Positions 40,734-49,737 are shown, numbered from the stretch's first letter. The stretch is DNA of 64,000 nt from Pseudomonadota bacterium (GCA_018623135.1 JAAZVW010000001.1:23024-87023); one strand, 5' to 3'. A program made the numbers and translations. Notes: a model not told the origin generated them from the sequence alone.

Positions 40734-41150
40734 TTGAAGATGATAAAATTTGTAGATGTTTATGCTTATAATGAGCAAGGCTTGTATGTAGGTTGCGTTT
40801 CGGCTCAAAAAGATAAAAAAGGGCAAGTAATGTTACCTGCAGGTGCGACAGAAAAAGAGCCTCTCGTATCAATTGAGGGCTGTGATGTTGTTTTTGACGG
40901 TAATAACTGGGTTTATGTGCAAAAAGAAGCTGAGAGCCCAGAGGAGCCTATTCGTGATGAGGGTGATGTGTCTTATAAAGAAAAAAGGGCAGCAGCCTAT
41001 CCTTTTGTTGGTGATCAGCTAGATGCCATTTATAAAGGCTTAAAAGAGTTAAGTAAAACAGTTGCTATGCCAAATGATGTTGAGAGTTGGTTTGCTCAGA
41101 TTGAAGCTGTTAAAGCCATGTTCCCTAAAGATGAAGGGAGTAGTGCATGA
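40734..41150 (+). CDS. Tail fibre assembly chaperone-like protein
   Basis: LPAGATEKEP...FDGNNW and Y...R..AYP..GDQLD motifs seen downstream of phage fibre genes. Confidence 0.65.
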   Translation: MKMIKFVDVYAYNEQGLYVGCVSAQKDKKGQVMLPAGATEKEPLVSIEGCDVVFDGNNWVYVQKEAESPEEPIRDEGDVSYKEKRAAAYPFVGDQLDAIYKGLKELSKTVAMPNDVESWFAQIEAVKAMFPKDEGSSA

Positions 41151-41581
41151 TTAAGAAAATGCCATTTCACCAACTGCCAAGGTTGTATTTTTTAATGAAA
41201 GAAGTTTCGTTCCCGAATGTGGAGCAAGGCTTGTGGCGTTGTCTATGGGATTTACTTTATGTTGATGTGTATGCTGTTTATAAAGAAGGTCGCTTAATTG
41301 CGGCCTTTATTTATGGGCAAGATGGTATGAACGGTGCTTTTTTAGATTTAGTGGCCGCGCAGAATCAGCAAAAAATATGGCTAAATAAAACAGTACTTAA
41401 AAGCATTTTAGAGCAGGCACAAAAATATTCTGTTTTATGGGTAGAACCTAAAAATAGTCATGCATTAAGACTGTGTTTGAAGGCAGGTTTTAAAATGGTG
41501 GAAGGTTGTTTTACCAACCCCTTACTTGTAACAACACCAAAGCAATTACAAACCAGATTTAATAAAAATAATAAGCTTTAA
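41147..41581 (+). CDS. GNAT-fold protein
   Basis: N..ALRLCLKAGFK motif B; podovirus-typical position between tail and ejection genes. Confidence 0.6.
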   Translation: MIKKMPFHQLPRLYFLMKEVSFPNVEQGLWRCLWDLLYVDVYAVYKEGRLIAAFIYGQDGMNGAFLDLVAAQNQQKIWLNKTVLKSILEQAQKYSVLWVEPKNSHALRLCLKAGFKMVEGCFTNPLLVTTPKQLQTRFNKNNKL

Positions 41582-41605
41582 TAATATATATAGGGAGAAT
41601 ATGTT

Positions 41606-42319
41606 ATGGGATCAGTTTTTGGAGGATCTAAACCTTCTGCACCACCTACACCGCCGCCAAGTCGTTACCGAGATGAGGTTGCAGGTGTAGAGCAAGTGCC
41701 CGTTAAAAACCCAGATGGTAGTATTACATATATTACACGCCAAATTCCGCTTACAGAAGAACAGCAAAAAGAAAAAGAGCAATATGACAAAATTATGTCG
41801 GAAGCTTTGAGTGAAATAGAAAAACTTTCTTCGAGTGATTATGAATTTGATGAGGCGACTAAAGCTCAGTTAAAGGCTTATAAAGAAGAGCAATTGAGTC
41901 AGCTCAGTTCTATACAGGGGCAACGTGAACGTTCTGAAGAAGAGGCGTTGGCCGCAAGGGGATTGAGTCAATCAAGTATTGCAGATTCTTTAAGGCGTCA
42001 GCGCAATTTAGATGAATCTAATATTAAACGCTCTATTGACCGTGAGACCGAAATGATTGGGCAAGATTTAAGGTCTCAGCAATTAAATTATCAGCAAAAT
42101 CTTTATAGCTTAGCGGCTCAGGAAGAGCAAATGGATGCTGTAAATGCACAAAAAAGCCTGGCGAATGGCTTTAGTGCTACGGGAATGCTTAATAAGTACC
42201 AGCAAGATTCTATTGTTGATGCATATAAGGCTCAGCCAAGTGCTGGTGGGTTTGTACAACGCACTTTTGATGCTGTTGCTGAAAACCCTTTGTTTGATAT
42301 ATTTGATGGGATTTTTTAA
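41606..42319 (+). CDS. Putative DNA ejection / internal virion protein
   Basis: MGSVFGGSKP N-terminus, LAARGLSQSS, Gln-rich helices. Confidence 0.6.
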   Translation: MGSVFGGSKPSAPPTPPPSRYRDEVAGVEQVPVKNPDGSITYITRQIPLTEEQQKEKEQYDKIMSEALSEIEKLSSSDYEFDEATKAQLKAYKEEQLSQLSSIQGQRERSEEEALAARGLSQSSIADSLRRQRNLDESNIKRSIDRETEMIGQDLRSQQLNYQQNLYSLAAQEEQMDAVNAQKSLANGFSATGMLNKYQQDSIVDAYKAQPSAGGFVQRTFDAVAENPLFDIFDGIF

Positions 42320-42630
42320 TGGATATTGCAACATGGAAAAATGAGGTTTTTATGCCTTGGATGAAATCTGTTGAGGCGAGAAGTGAAGCACAAAAAAAAC
42401 AAGTGCAAAGTCTTAAGCTTTATAAAGGACGCATTATAGAGGTTATAGGGTTGCTTTTGGATGGTAAAAACGAGTTGGCAGTTAAATTATGGAATGCCAT
42501 TACTGATTTGCCAACATTGGAAACCGCTGAATATATGACGTCGCAAAAATTGTTTAAGCTTAAGTTTGTGAATGGGCAAGTGCAAAGCATTGCGCAAGAA
42601 CAGCTTTTTAAAGAGCTGAATAATTTGTAA
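42319..42630 (+). CDS. Hypothetical protein
   Basis: TAATG-coupled ORF inside the operon. Confidence 0.55.
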   Translation: MDIATWKNEVFMPWMKSVEARSEAQKKQVQSLKLYKGRIIEVIGLLLDGKNELAVKLWNAITDLPTLETAEYMTSQKLFKLKFVNGQVQSIAQEQLFKELNNL

Positions 42631-42644
42631 AGGACTGAAATATT

Positions 42645-42833
42645 ATGGACAGTCATCAACAAATGTTACACCAAGAAATAAAAGAAATTCGTAAAGATAT
42701 GAGATCTTTACGAGAAGAAATAACAAAATATAAAGGTTTTGTTGGTGGTGTTTTTTGGTGTTTTGCAGCTTTTATAACGGCAGCTAATTTTGCTTTTACC
42801 TATATTAAACAATGGGTTTTAGGGGTTCATTAA
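42645..42833 (+). CDS. Small coiled-coil plus single-TM protein (XhlA/holin-like)
   Basis: EIKEIRKDMRSLREEI followed by a TM segment; precedes the endolysin. Confidence 0.6.
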   Translation: MDSHQQMLHQEIKEIRKDMRSLREEITKYKGFVGGVFWCFAAFITAANFAFTYIKQWVLGVH

Positions 42834-43207
42834 TGAGAAAAATACAAGAGCACATTATCCATTGTTCGGATAGCGAAATAGGGGATGCGACAACAATTGA
42901 TAAGTGGCATAAAAAGCGTGGTTTTAGAAAAATTGGCTACCACTTTGTGATTTTGCCAGATGGTAGGGTGGAAATAGGCAGAGATGTATCTGAAATTGGT
43001 GCGCATTGTAAAGGGTTTAATAGATACTCTGTAGGGACTTGTTTGATTGGTGTTAATAGGTTTACGCAAGCACAGTTTGAATCTTTAAAAAAAGTGCATC
43101 AGTTTTTGCAGTCTATCTGGCCTTCTATCCACATTAAAAACCATTATGAACACAATAGCCGTAAAAGTTGCCCTAATTTTGATGTTCACCTTAAAATAAA
43201 AGGATAA
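42833..43207 (+). CDS. N-acetylmuramoyl-L-alanine amidase endolysin (T7 lysozyme-like)
   Basis: Start moved to the TAATG overlap; IIHCS, WH..RGF..IGYHFVI, GAHCKGFN, FT.AQ..SL, H......KSCP.FDV. Confidence 0.92.
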   Translation: MRKIQEHIIHCSDSEIGDATTIDKWHKKRGFRKIGYHFVILPDGRVEIGRDVSEIGAHCKGFNRYSVGTCLIGVNRFTQAQFESLKKVHQFLQSIWPSIHIKNHYEHNSRKSCPNFDVHLKIKG

Positions 43208-43210
43208 AAA

Positions 43211-43489
43211 ATGAAAATAAAACATCTATTGCCTTTGCTTAACCAGATTTTGGGCTTTTTAGTGCAAAAGGGAAAGTTTAATACAGCTTTTGCAACAACA
43301 ACGGTTGCAAGTTCCGTTGTGTATTCGGATGAACTTATTGCTTTTGTAAAAAATACATCTGAGCTTTTTTTTGATACGGTAACAAGCCAAATGATTGCTC
43401 AGAGTTTAACAACAGGCGGTGTGGCTACTATTGTTGCAGGTGTTTTTGCTACAATAAATTTATTTATGAACCTTAAGAAAAAACAATAG
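43211..43489 (+). CDS. Putative holin-like membrane protein
   Basis: Small and hydrophobic with basic C-terminus KKKQ; follows the endolysin. Confidence 0.5.
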   Translation: MKIKHLLPLLNQILGFLVQKGKFNTAFATTTVASSVVYSDELIAFVKNTSELFFDTVTSQMIAQSLTTGGVATIVAGVFATINLFMNLKKKQ

Positions 43490-43597
43490 CTTGGCAGGTG
43501 TGTTGTAATTTTTTATAAATAAATTGCGCTTTTTTGTAAAAAAAGACTAGACAAGAGGGCGTTAAATGGGGTAAAAACATCCTCGCATTAGCTTTGC

Positions 43598-43687
43598 GGA
43601 TGAGTGGCAGAGTGGTTGAATGCACCGGTCTTGAAAACCGGCATGTCTGAGAGGGCATCGGGGGTTCGAATCCCTCCTCATCCGCCA
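43598..43687 (+). tRNA. tRNA-Ser (TGA)
   Basis: GGATGAG/CTCATCC acceptor, CCGGT-CTTGAAA-ACCGG, long variable arm, encoded CCA. Confidence 0.97.
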
Positions 43688-43695
43688 CTAATGTC

Positions 43696-43733
43696 AAACA
43701 ACGCCCCAAATTATTTTGGGGCGTTGTTTTTTT
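43696..43733 (+). terminator. Terminator after tRNA-Ser
   Basis: AAACAACGCCCCAAA-TTAT-TTTGGGGCGTTGTTT plus T-run. Confidence 0.9.
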
Positions 43734-43893
43734 GTTTTATGACAATGTTCTTTGTCTATCAATTATCATCTTATTTTTAGGGCTTTTTATAGCCTTTATT
43801 CAGCTTTTAACCTTTAGTTGTTGTAGTGTTTTATATGTGTGTATTAGCCTTAATTTGATCTGTTATTTTGTGATTTAAATTAGGGAAGGTAAC

Positions 43894-44472
43894 ATGTATA
43901 TGTACAAACTGATTTTGTTTGTCTTGTGTTTGGGGACTACTTTTACGATGTCATCCCTAGCTGGAGCAAGGATGTATGTTGAGTATGGATTTACACCTAA
44001 CCATGTTTATGCGCTTTGGGATGGTGTAGATGTTGCTTTGACTGAATTGGAGAATAAAATAGCAGAGGAGCAGTCGGTAGAAATACCTCAAATAATAGCG
44101 CAAAAGTATTCGGGTAAAAAACCAGCAGATGTTTTGGTTTTGGTTGAGGCTTTTTATGAGAAATTAGGGAAGTTAAGAGCTTATTACCAACTACCTTATA
44201 AAGCTTTGGATATTAAAAGTTCTAAGTCTCGCTCTTATGAGGTTACACCTAGTATCGTTTATACTTTTAGTGGTGAAGTTGTTGATAATTTATCTGAAGT
44301 ATTAATTAAAGCCGTGCCGAATGAAACTGTTTCTCGTTATTATCCTACCGAGTATTACCAAGGAAAAACGCCTTCGGATGTTTTTGGTTATGTGGAAAGA
44401 GCAAATAAACGCTTGATACAGTTATTAGCATATGTGGAGGTAGAGGATAATGACTTTAAAAACCTTAAGTAG
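43894..44472 (+). CDS. Hypothetical periplasmic protein with internal duplication
   Basis: Signal peptide; TP..VY and K.P.DV motifs each occur twice; overlaps the kinase start. Confidence 0.65.
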   Translation: MYMYKLILFVLCLGTTFTMSSLAGARMYVEYGFTPNHVYALWDGVDVALTELENKIAEEQSVEIPQIIAQKYSGKKPADVLVLVEAFYEKLGKLRAYYQLPYKALDIKSSKSRSYEVTPSIVYTFSGEVVDNLSEVLIKAVPNETVSRYYPTEYYQGKTPSDVFGYVERANKRLIQLLAYVEVEDNDFKNLK

Positions 44473-47308
44473 AATTATCTTTTTATCTATTGGCTTTATA
44501 TTTGGGCTTTTTATATTTGCCTCTTTATTTATTAATTCTAGAATTGATAATTTAAGTAATCAATGGAATTCCTTTGACCAAAAAACAGTTGAAAAGGTTG
44601 CATTGTTAACTGATATACGCCAGCAAATAGGTTATGGCGGTATGATTCATAATTTTAAAAACTACTTATTAAGGCAAAACCCTGAGCTTTTAGTGAAGGT
44701 ATATAAAAACATTCGCCTTGCTGGTATTGCAATCGCAAAATACAGAGTGCTTGGCACTTTTTATGAAGAGGAAAAGGCTTTAAGAGAAATTGAAAGTGTT
44801 ATTTTAACATATCGTAATAAAATACCAACGTTAGAAGCGATGGTTTTAAATGGTAAGGCAATTAAAGAGATAGATGGATTTGTTAAGGTAAGTGATATTT
44901 CGGCTATTTCTGCTATAGAATCTTTACAAAGCCAGCTTTTAGCTGTAAGAGCGTCTGAAAAAGCAGGGCTTTCTGAAACGATTAAGTCTATAAAAACAGA
45001 TACATCTTGGGTTACTATTGTTGTTTCCGCCTTATTGGTTCTGAGTGGTTTTTGTATTTTTTATTTTATGAGTATTAAAGTACTAAAGCCATTGTTTAAG
45101 CTAAAAAATACGATGCTTAAAGTAACCGAAGGTGATTTGAGAACTAAAATCCCGTATCAGGATAATTATGATGAGGTTGGTGATGTTGCAAAATCTTTAC
45201 AAATCTTTTTAAACCAAGCTAAAGAATTAAAAGAAAAAGATGGTAAAATTAAGGCTTACATAGAAGAGCTTGAAAATAATAAAAAAGAACTTCAGGAACA
45301 AATAGAAAAAGCCAAAGAGGCGAACCGCCTTAAAGATAGTTTTTTGGCGACGATGAGTCATGAAATTAGAACGCCTTTAAACGGTATTATTGGCACAGCA
45401 GAATTGATTTTACAAAGTGAAGATAAAGCTGTTGATAAAGATTTGCAGATTATTCTTAAATCTGCCGAGAGTTTGTTGCAGATCATTAATGAAATACTAG
45501 ATTTTTCTAAAATTGAAGCAGGGCAAATTGTTTTAGAAGAAGGACCATTTGATGTAAGTGAGGTGGTTGAGGATGTTGCTAATATTGCATCTGTTGCTGC
45601 AAGGCGCAAGAATTTAGATTTTCTGGTGAAATTAGATCCTCTTATTAAAAATTCTTATATTGGTGATGGGTTTAGGTTAAGGCAGGTTCTTTTAAACCTT
45701 GCCAATAATGCTGTTAAGTTTACCGAGGCTGGTTATGTTGTTATTGAGGTGTCGTTAGCAAATAATAGCAAGCCTATAGATGATGTTCAGCAAATTTGTT
45801 TTGAGGTGAAAGATACGGGGATTGGTATTTCTCATGAGAACCAAAAAAGAATATTTGATAATTTTGTTCAGGCTGATTCTTCTACCACAAGAATGTATGG
45901 TGGAACAGGGTTAGGCCTTTCTATTTGTAAACAGCTTGTAATGTTGATGGGAGGAGAGTTGAAATTAGAAAGCGCTCCTGCTAAAGGTTCTGTTTTTTCT
46001 TTTATTTACACCTTACCTGTGAATAAAGAAGGGGGTGCTTCTGAAAGTCTTGGGCATGTTAATAGCTTAAAAGGCTTAAAGGCCTGTGTGGTTGATGACA
46101 TTAAAATTAATAGAGATATTTTAATGGGGCAATTGAGCCATTTAGGGATTAGTTCTATAGATTTTGAAAGTGCGACAGAAGCTCTTAATTATATTAAAAT
46201 GGATAATGATTCTAGTTTTGATATCATTCTTTCTGATTTTAATATGAGGTATATGAATGGCGCTGTGTTTTGTAAAGAAATACGCAAAAACCCTAGTTTT
46301 AGTAGTACGCCCTTTGTTATTTTAACATCGTCGGATAGTCTTGCGACAATTTCTGAAATTAAAGCTTCTGGAGTGGATGCTTATTTAGCGAAACCTGCGT
46401 ATCAGTACCAACTTGAACGTGTTCTTTTGAAAGTTTTGGGTAAAAAAGATTCTGGTTTAGAACTAGAGGATGTAAAACCTTCAAAACAAATATTGGAAAG
46501 TTTGCAAGGCAATAGAGTACTCGTTGTTGAAGATAATCAGGTAAATAGAGATATTATGGTACAGATGCTTAACCGCTTAGGGTTGGAGTCTGACACAGCG
46601 GAAGATGGTTTGCGGGCGCTAGATATTCTTAAAAAAGATAGTGATTTTGATTTTATACTTATGGACTGTCATATGCCGCGTATGGATGGCTATGAGGCGA
46701 CAGGTAGAATAAAAGAAGACGAGACATTAAGTGGTATTCCGATTATTGCAGTTACTGCCAATGCAGGACCAGAAGACAGGCAAAAATGTTTAGATGCACA
46801 GATGGATGACTTTTTAACAAAGCCTGTTAGATTAGGTGATTTACAAGCTGTTTTTTGTAAATGGAAATCTATAAACAAAGATAATGAGAGAGTTTCGGGT
46901 GTTGTTGAAGAGGTTATTGAGCAAAAGTCTGGAACAAATGACTCGGTTGATAAATCAATTATTACTGATGTGAAAGATTTATTAAATGAGGGATTTGAAG
47001 ATATGATTGAAAAATACTTAGAAAATTCAAAACTACATATTGCAGAAATTATAAAAAATAAAGATGCTCAAAATGTTTTAAATACAATTGAAGCTGCTCA
47101 TAAATTAAAGTCAATTAGCAAGAAAGTTGGTGCGCTTCAATTAGGAGAAGATGCAGATAAGATTGAATCTATTTTAAAAAATGAGCAAGATGTGCATAAA
47201 GCAATGCGTGATTCTGTTGTTTATGTTGATAGTTTAGAAAAACATTATCAAGAGACTGAAAAAGAACTGCGTGAATATATTGCTTTTAAAGAGCGGCTTA
47301 TACACTAA
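44450..47308 (+). CDS. Hybrid sensor histidine kinase (HAMP-HisKA-HATPase-REC-REC-HPt)
   Basis: FLATMSHEIRTPLNGI, NLANNAVKFT, DTGIGI, GGTGLGL, two receivers, AHKLKS HPt. Confidence 0.96.
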   Translation: MTLKTLSRIIFLSIGFIFGLFIFASLFINSRIDNLSNQWNSFDQKTVEKVALLTDIRQQIGYGGMIHNFKNYLLRQNPELLVKVYKNIRLAGIAIAKYRVLGTFYEEEKALREIESVILTYRNKIPTLEAMVLNGKAIKEIDGFVKVSDISAISAIESLQSQLLAVRASEKAGLSETIKSIKTDTSWVTIVVSALLVLSGFCIFYFMSIKVLKPLFKLKNTMLKVTEGDLRTKIPYQDNYDEVGDVAKSLQIFLNQAKELKEKDGKIKAYIEELENNKKELQEQIEKAKEANRLKDSFLATMSHEIRTPLNGIIGTAELILQSEDKAVDKDLQIILKSAESLLQIINEILDFSKIEAGQIVLEEGPFDVSEVVEDVANIASVAARRKNLDFLVKLDPLIKNSYIGDGFRLRQVLLNLANNAVKFTEAGYVVIEVSLANNSKPIDDVQQICFEVKDTGIGISHENQKRIFDNFVQADSSTTRMYGGTGLGLSICKQLVMLMGGELKLESAPAKGSVFSFIYTLPVNKEGGASESLGHVNSLKGLKACVVDDIKINRDILMGQLSHLGISSIDFESATEALNYIKMDNDSSFDIILSDFNMRYMNGAVFCKEIRKNPSFSSTPFVILTSSDSLATISEIKASGVDAYLAKPAYQYQLERVLLKVLGKKDSGLELEDVKPSKQILESLQGNRVLVVEDNQVNRDIMVQMLNRLGLESDTAEDGLRALDILKKDSDFDFILMDCHMPRMDGYEATGRIKEDETLSGIPIIAVTANAGPEDRQKCLDAQMDDFLTKPVRLGDLQAVFCKWKSINKDNERVSGVVEEVIEQKSGTNDSVDKSIITDVKDLLNEGFEDMIEKYLENSKLHIAEIIKNKDAQNVLNTIEAAHKLKSISKKVGALQLGEDADKIESILKNEQDVHKAMRDSVVYVDSLEKHYQETEKELREYIAFKERLIH

Positions 47309-47340
47309 GTATATAAGGGTGAAGTAACTATGAAACTTTA

Positions 47341-47718
47341 TTAGACGCCAAAAGAGTTACCGCACCCACAGCTAGATGTTGCGTTTGGGTTGTTGATGAC
47401 AAATTGAGAGGCTTCTAATGTTTCAATAAAATCAATTTCGGAGCCTTTGATAAGCTCGTAAGAAATGGCATCAACAAGTAAAATAGCATCACCATTTTTG
47501 ATTTCTATATCTGCAGGGCCTTTTTTATCTTCAAATTTGAAAGAGTATGAATAACCATTGCATCCGCCACTTAAAACAGAAACACGTAAGAAATCTGTGC
47601 CTTCTGGTTCTGTTTCCATAAGTTTTTCAATGCGACGGGCAGCAGAATCTGTTAAAACAAGATCTATTTTTATATCGTCAGAATTGGCTACTTGTGGTTC
47701 TTCAAATGTGATTTTCAT
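47341..47718 (-). CDS. erpA: A-type Fe-S carrier ErpA/IscA
   Basis: GGCNGYSY, NPNATSSCGCGNSF; divergent from dgt. Confidence 0.9.
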   Translation of the reverse strand: MKITFEEPQVANSDDIKIDLVLTDSAARRIEKLMETEPEGTDFLRVSVLSGGCNGYSYSFKFEDKKGPADIEIKNGDAILLVDAISYELIKGSEIDFIETLEASQFVINNPNATSSCGCGNSFGV

Positions 47719-47816
47719 AAAAATACCTAACTAAAGCTTGAAATAAAACATTATTTATACCTATTATATAAGGGATTTTTAGATCACAAACAACCACAAA
47801 TTATAAGGGGTTTATT

Positions 47817-48968
47817 ATGACCTTAGCAGAATATGCAACAGATTGGCGCAAATCTCGCGGCCGTAAATATGAAGAATCTGAATCAGCAACGCGTACGCCG
47901 TTTCAAAGAGATAGGGATCGTATTATTCATTCAGAGGCTTTCAGGCGCTTGCAATATAAAACCCAAGTATTTGTGAACCATGAAGGGGATCATTATCGTA
48001 CTCGATTAACGCATACGATTGAGGTTGCCCAAATTGCACGCTCTATTTGCCGCGCACTTAATTTAGATGAAGATTTAGGGGAGTGTATTGCTCTTGCCCA
48101 TGACTTGGGTCATCCTCCTTTTGGACATGCAGGTGAAGATGCTTTAAATGAAGTAATGAAAGACCTTGGAGGTTACCGCCACAATGAGCAAACACTACGT
48201 TTGGTTTGTGAGCTGGAAAAACGCTACCCTGGCTTTGAAGGCCTTAATTTAACATGGGAAGCAAGAGAAGGTATTGCTAAGCATAATGGCCCAATTAAAA
48301 ATAAACTAGAATTGCAAAACCCACATGTGCAAGCAGTTGAGCCCCATACTTTTGCGGGTTTAGAGGCACAGGTAGCAGCTATTTCTGACGATATTGCTTA
48401 TAATCACCATGATTTGGAAGATGGTTTAACAGGTGGCACGCTTACGTTACAGGAAGTGCGCTCTCGTTTAGCGATTTTTAATAAGTTTTATGAACAAACA
48501 GAAAAAGCTTACCCAGATGCGGACGAGTATGCTCTTATTAGAGAGTCTATTCGCCAAATGATTAATAGATGTGTTGGCGATGTTATTGCAGAAACAACAA
48601 AACGATTAGCTGAAGATAAGCCTAAATCTGTAGAAGATGTTCGTGCTAACAGCCGTCCTTTTGTTGATTTTTCTGATGAGGTTATGGCAGATATTAAAGA
48701 AATGCGTAAGTTCTTATTCCACCGTATGTATCGTCATTATCGTTTAAATAGAATGTCTTTAAAAGCGCACCGTGTTGTTAAATCATTATTTGAAACTTTT
48801 ATGGAACACCGTAGGTGTTTGCCGCATGAAATTCAACATCATCTACCAGAAGACAAGTTTGATGAAGTTGGTAAAGCTAAAGAAATTTGCGACTATATTA
48901 GCATGATGACAGATAGAACGGCTAAACAAGAGTATGAAAAGCTGTTTGATCTTTCTACGCGTACGTAA
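47817..48968 (+). CDS. dgt: Deoxyguanosinetriphosphate triphosphohydrolase
   Basis: FQRDRDRIIHS.AFRRL..KTQV, RTRLTH, HDLGHPPFGH, DDIAY..HD. Confidence 0.96.
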   Translation: MTLAEYATDWRKSRGRKYEESESATRTPFQRDRDRIIHSEAFRRLQYKTQVFVNHEGDHYRTRLTHTIEVAQIARSICRALNLDEDLGECIALAHDLGHPPFGHAGEDALNEVMKDLGGYRHNEQTLRLVCELEKRYPGFEGLNLTWEAREGIAKHNGPIKNKLELQNPHVQAVEPHTFAGLEAQVAAISDDIAYNHHDLEDGLTGGTLTLQEVRSRLAIFNKFYEQTEKAYPDADEYALIRESIRQMINRCVGDVIAETTKRLAEDKPKSVEDVRANSRPFVDFSDEVMADIKEMRKFLFHRMYRHYRLNRMSLKAHRVVKSLFETFMEHRRCLPHEIQHHLPEDKFDEVGKAKEICDYISMMTDRTAKQEYEKLFDLSTRT

Positions 48969-48977
48969 TTTGAAAAG

Positions 48978-49646
48978 ATGCTAAATAAAATACAATCTTT
49001 TGCTGTAAATACGTTGAGCCGTGTCTTAAATAAAGATGCGGCTTCTCTTTGTTCTGAAATAGAATTTAAAGTAAAAGATGGTCGATATTGCTTTTATATA
49101 GCGCATTTGTTTACGGAACCAACACAACAAAAAATCTATGTTGAAGAGCTTATTAAAAACGCATTTATACAAGAGGTTGTTGTTTTAAAAGGCTTTATTA
49201 ATATAACTTTCTCTGAAATCTTTTTCCAAGATGTACTTGATCAGGCTTTTAGGCAAGGGTTAGGTCGTATGGCATCTGTTTCTTTTAGTGAAACATTGTA
49301 TCAAAAACTCTTATTACAAACGGGTAATGAAGAGTTATCTTATAAACTTACATTTTTTATGTATCGACTAGAGCTTATTCTTACCTCTTATAATTTTATC
49401 CATGAAGATTTTCAAAGCATAATGGTACCAGAGGCTTTAAAAGCTTTTCTTATTGAAGTTATCTATCGTTGTAATCGTATAGAAAAAGCGCATGATTTAT
49501 CTGAAAATAGGATAAATACTCTAAATTATATTTCTAATGTATTTAATCAGAAATATTTATACGAAACAAAGGATCAGCAAAGTTTAATTTTTTATTGTGT
49601 TGCTAAGTTTATTTATAAAAGTTTTGCTTTAAATAATACAGAATAA
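48978..49646 (+). CDS. Degenerate ArgS-derived protein (N-domain plus anticodon-domain remnants, no catalytic core)
   Basis: Occupies the dgt-argS-SPOR slot; IQEVVVLKGFINITF resembles the ArgS N-domain; no HIGH or KMSKS. Confidence 0.55.
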   Translation: MLNKIQSFAVNTLSRVLNKDAASLCSEIEFKVKDGRYCFYIAHLFTEPTQQKIYVEELIKNAFIQEVVVLKGFINITFSEIFFQDVLDQAFRQGLGRMASVSFSETLYQKLLLQTGNEELSYKLTFFMYRLELILTSYNFIHEDFQSIMVPEALKAFLIEVIYRCNRIEKAHDLSENRINTLNYISNVFNQKYLYETKDQQSLIFYCVAKFIYKSFALNNTE

Positions 49647-49737
49647 GGCCGTTTGAACTTTACACTTTTTAAGTGAGGTGCTAATCTACAGCTTGTATAG
49701 AATTTAATAGAAACAAAAATAAAGAAGGTGACAAAAG

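Larger units (their letters stand above)
30504..43489 (+). mobile_element. Phage-derived podovirus-type virion/lysis module (candidate gene transfer agent or domesticated prophage)
   Basis: Colinear regulator-packaging-head-tail-lysis genes; no integrase, replication genes or att repeats seen. Confidence 0.85.

Noticed and set aside
39462..41150. Diversity-generating retroelement or invertible fibre cassette
   Set aside because: No reverse transcriptase, invertase or duplicated fibre tip seen.
31111..43489. Tailocin / contractile injection system or RcGTA-type cluster
   Set aside because: It has terminase, portal and capsid but no sheath, tube, baseplate, tape measure or HK97 protease.
43598..43687. 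tRNA-Ser as prophage attachment site
   Set aside because: The cluster lies on the 5' side of the tRNA. I found no duplicate of the tRNA-Ser or tRNA-Asn 3' end in the window by eye, and no integrase.
43473..43709. 78 aa minus-strand ORF
   Set aside because: It is the antisense shadow of tRNA-Ser.
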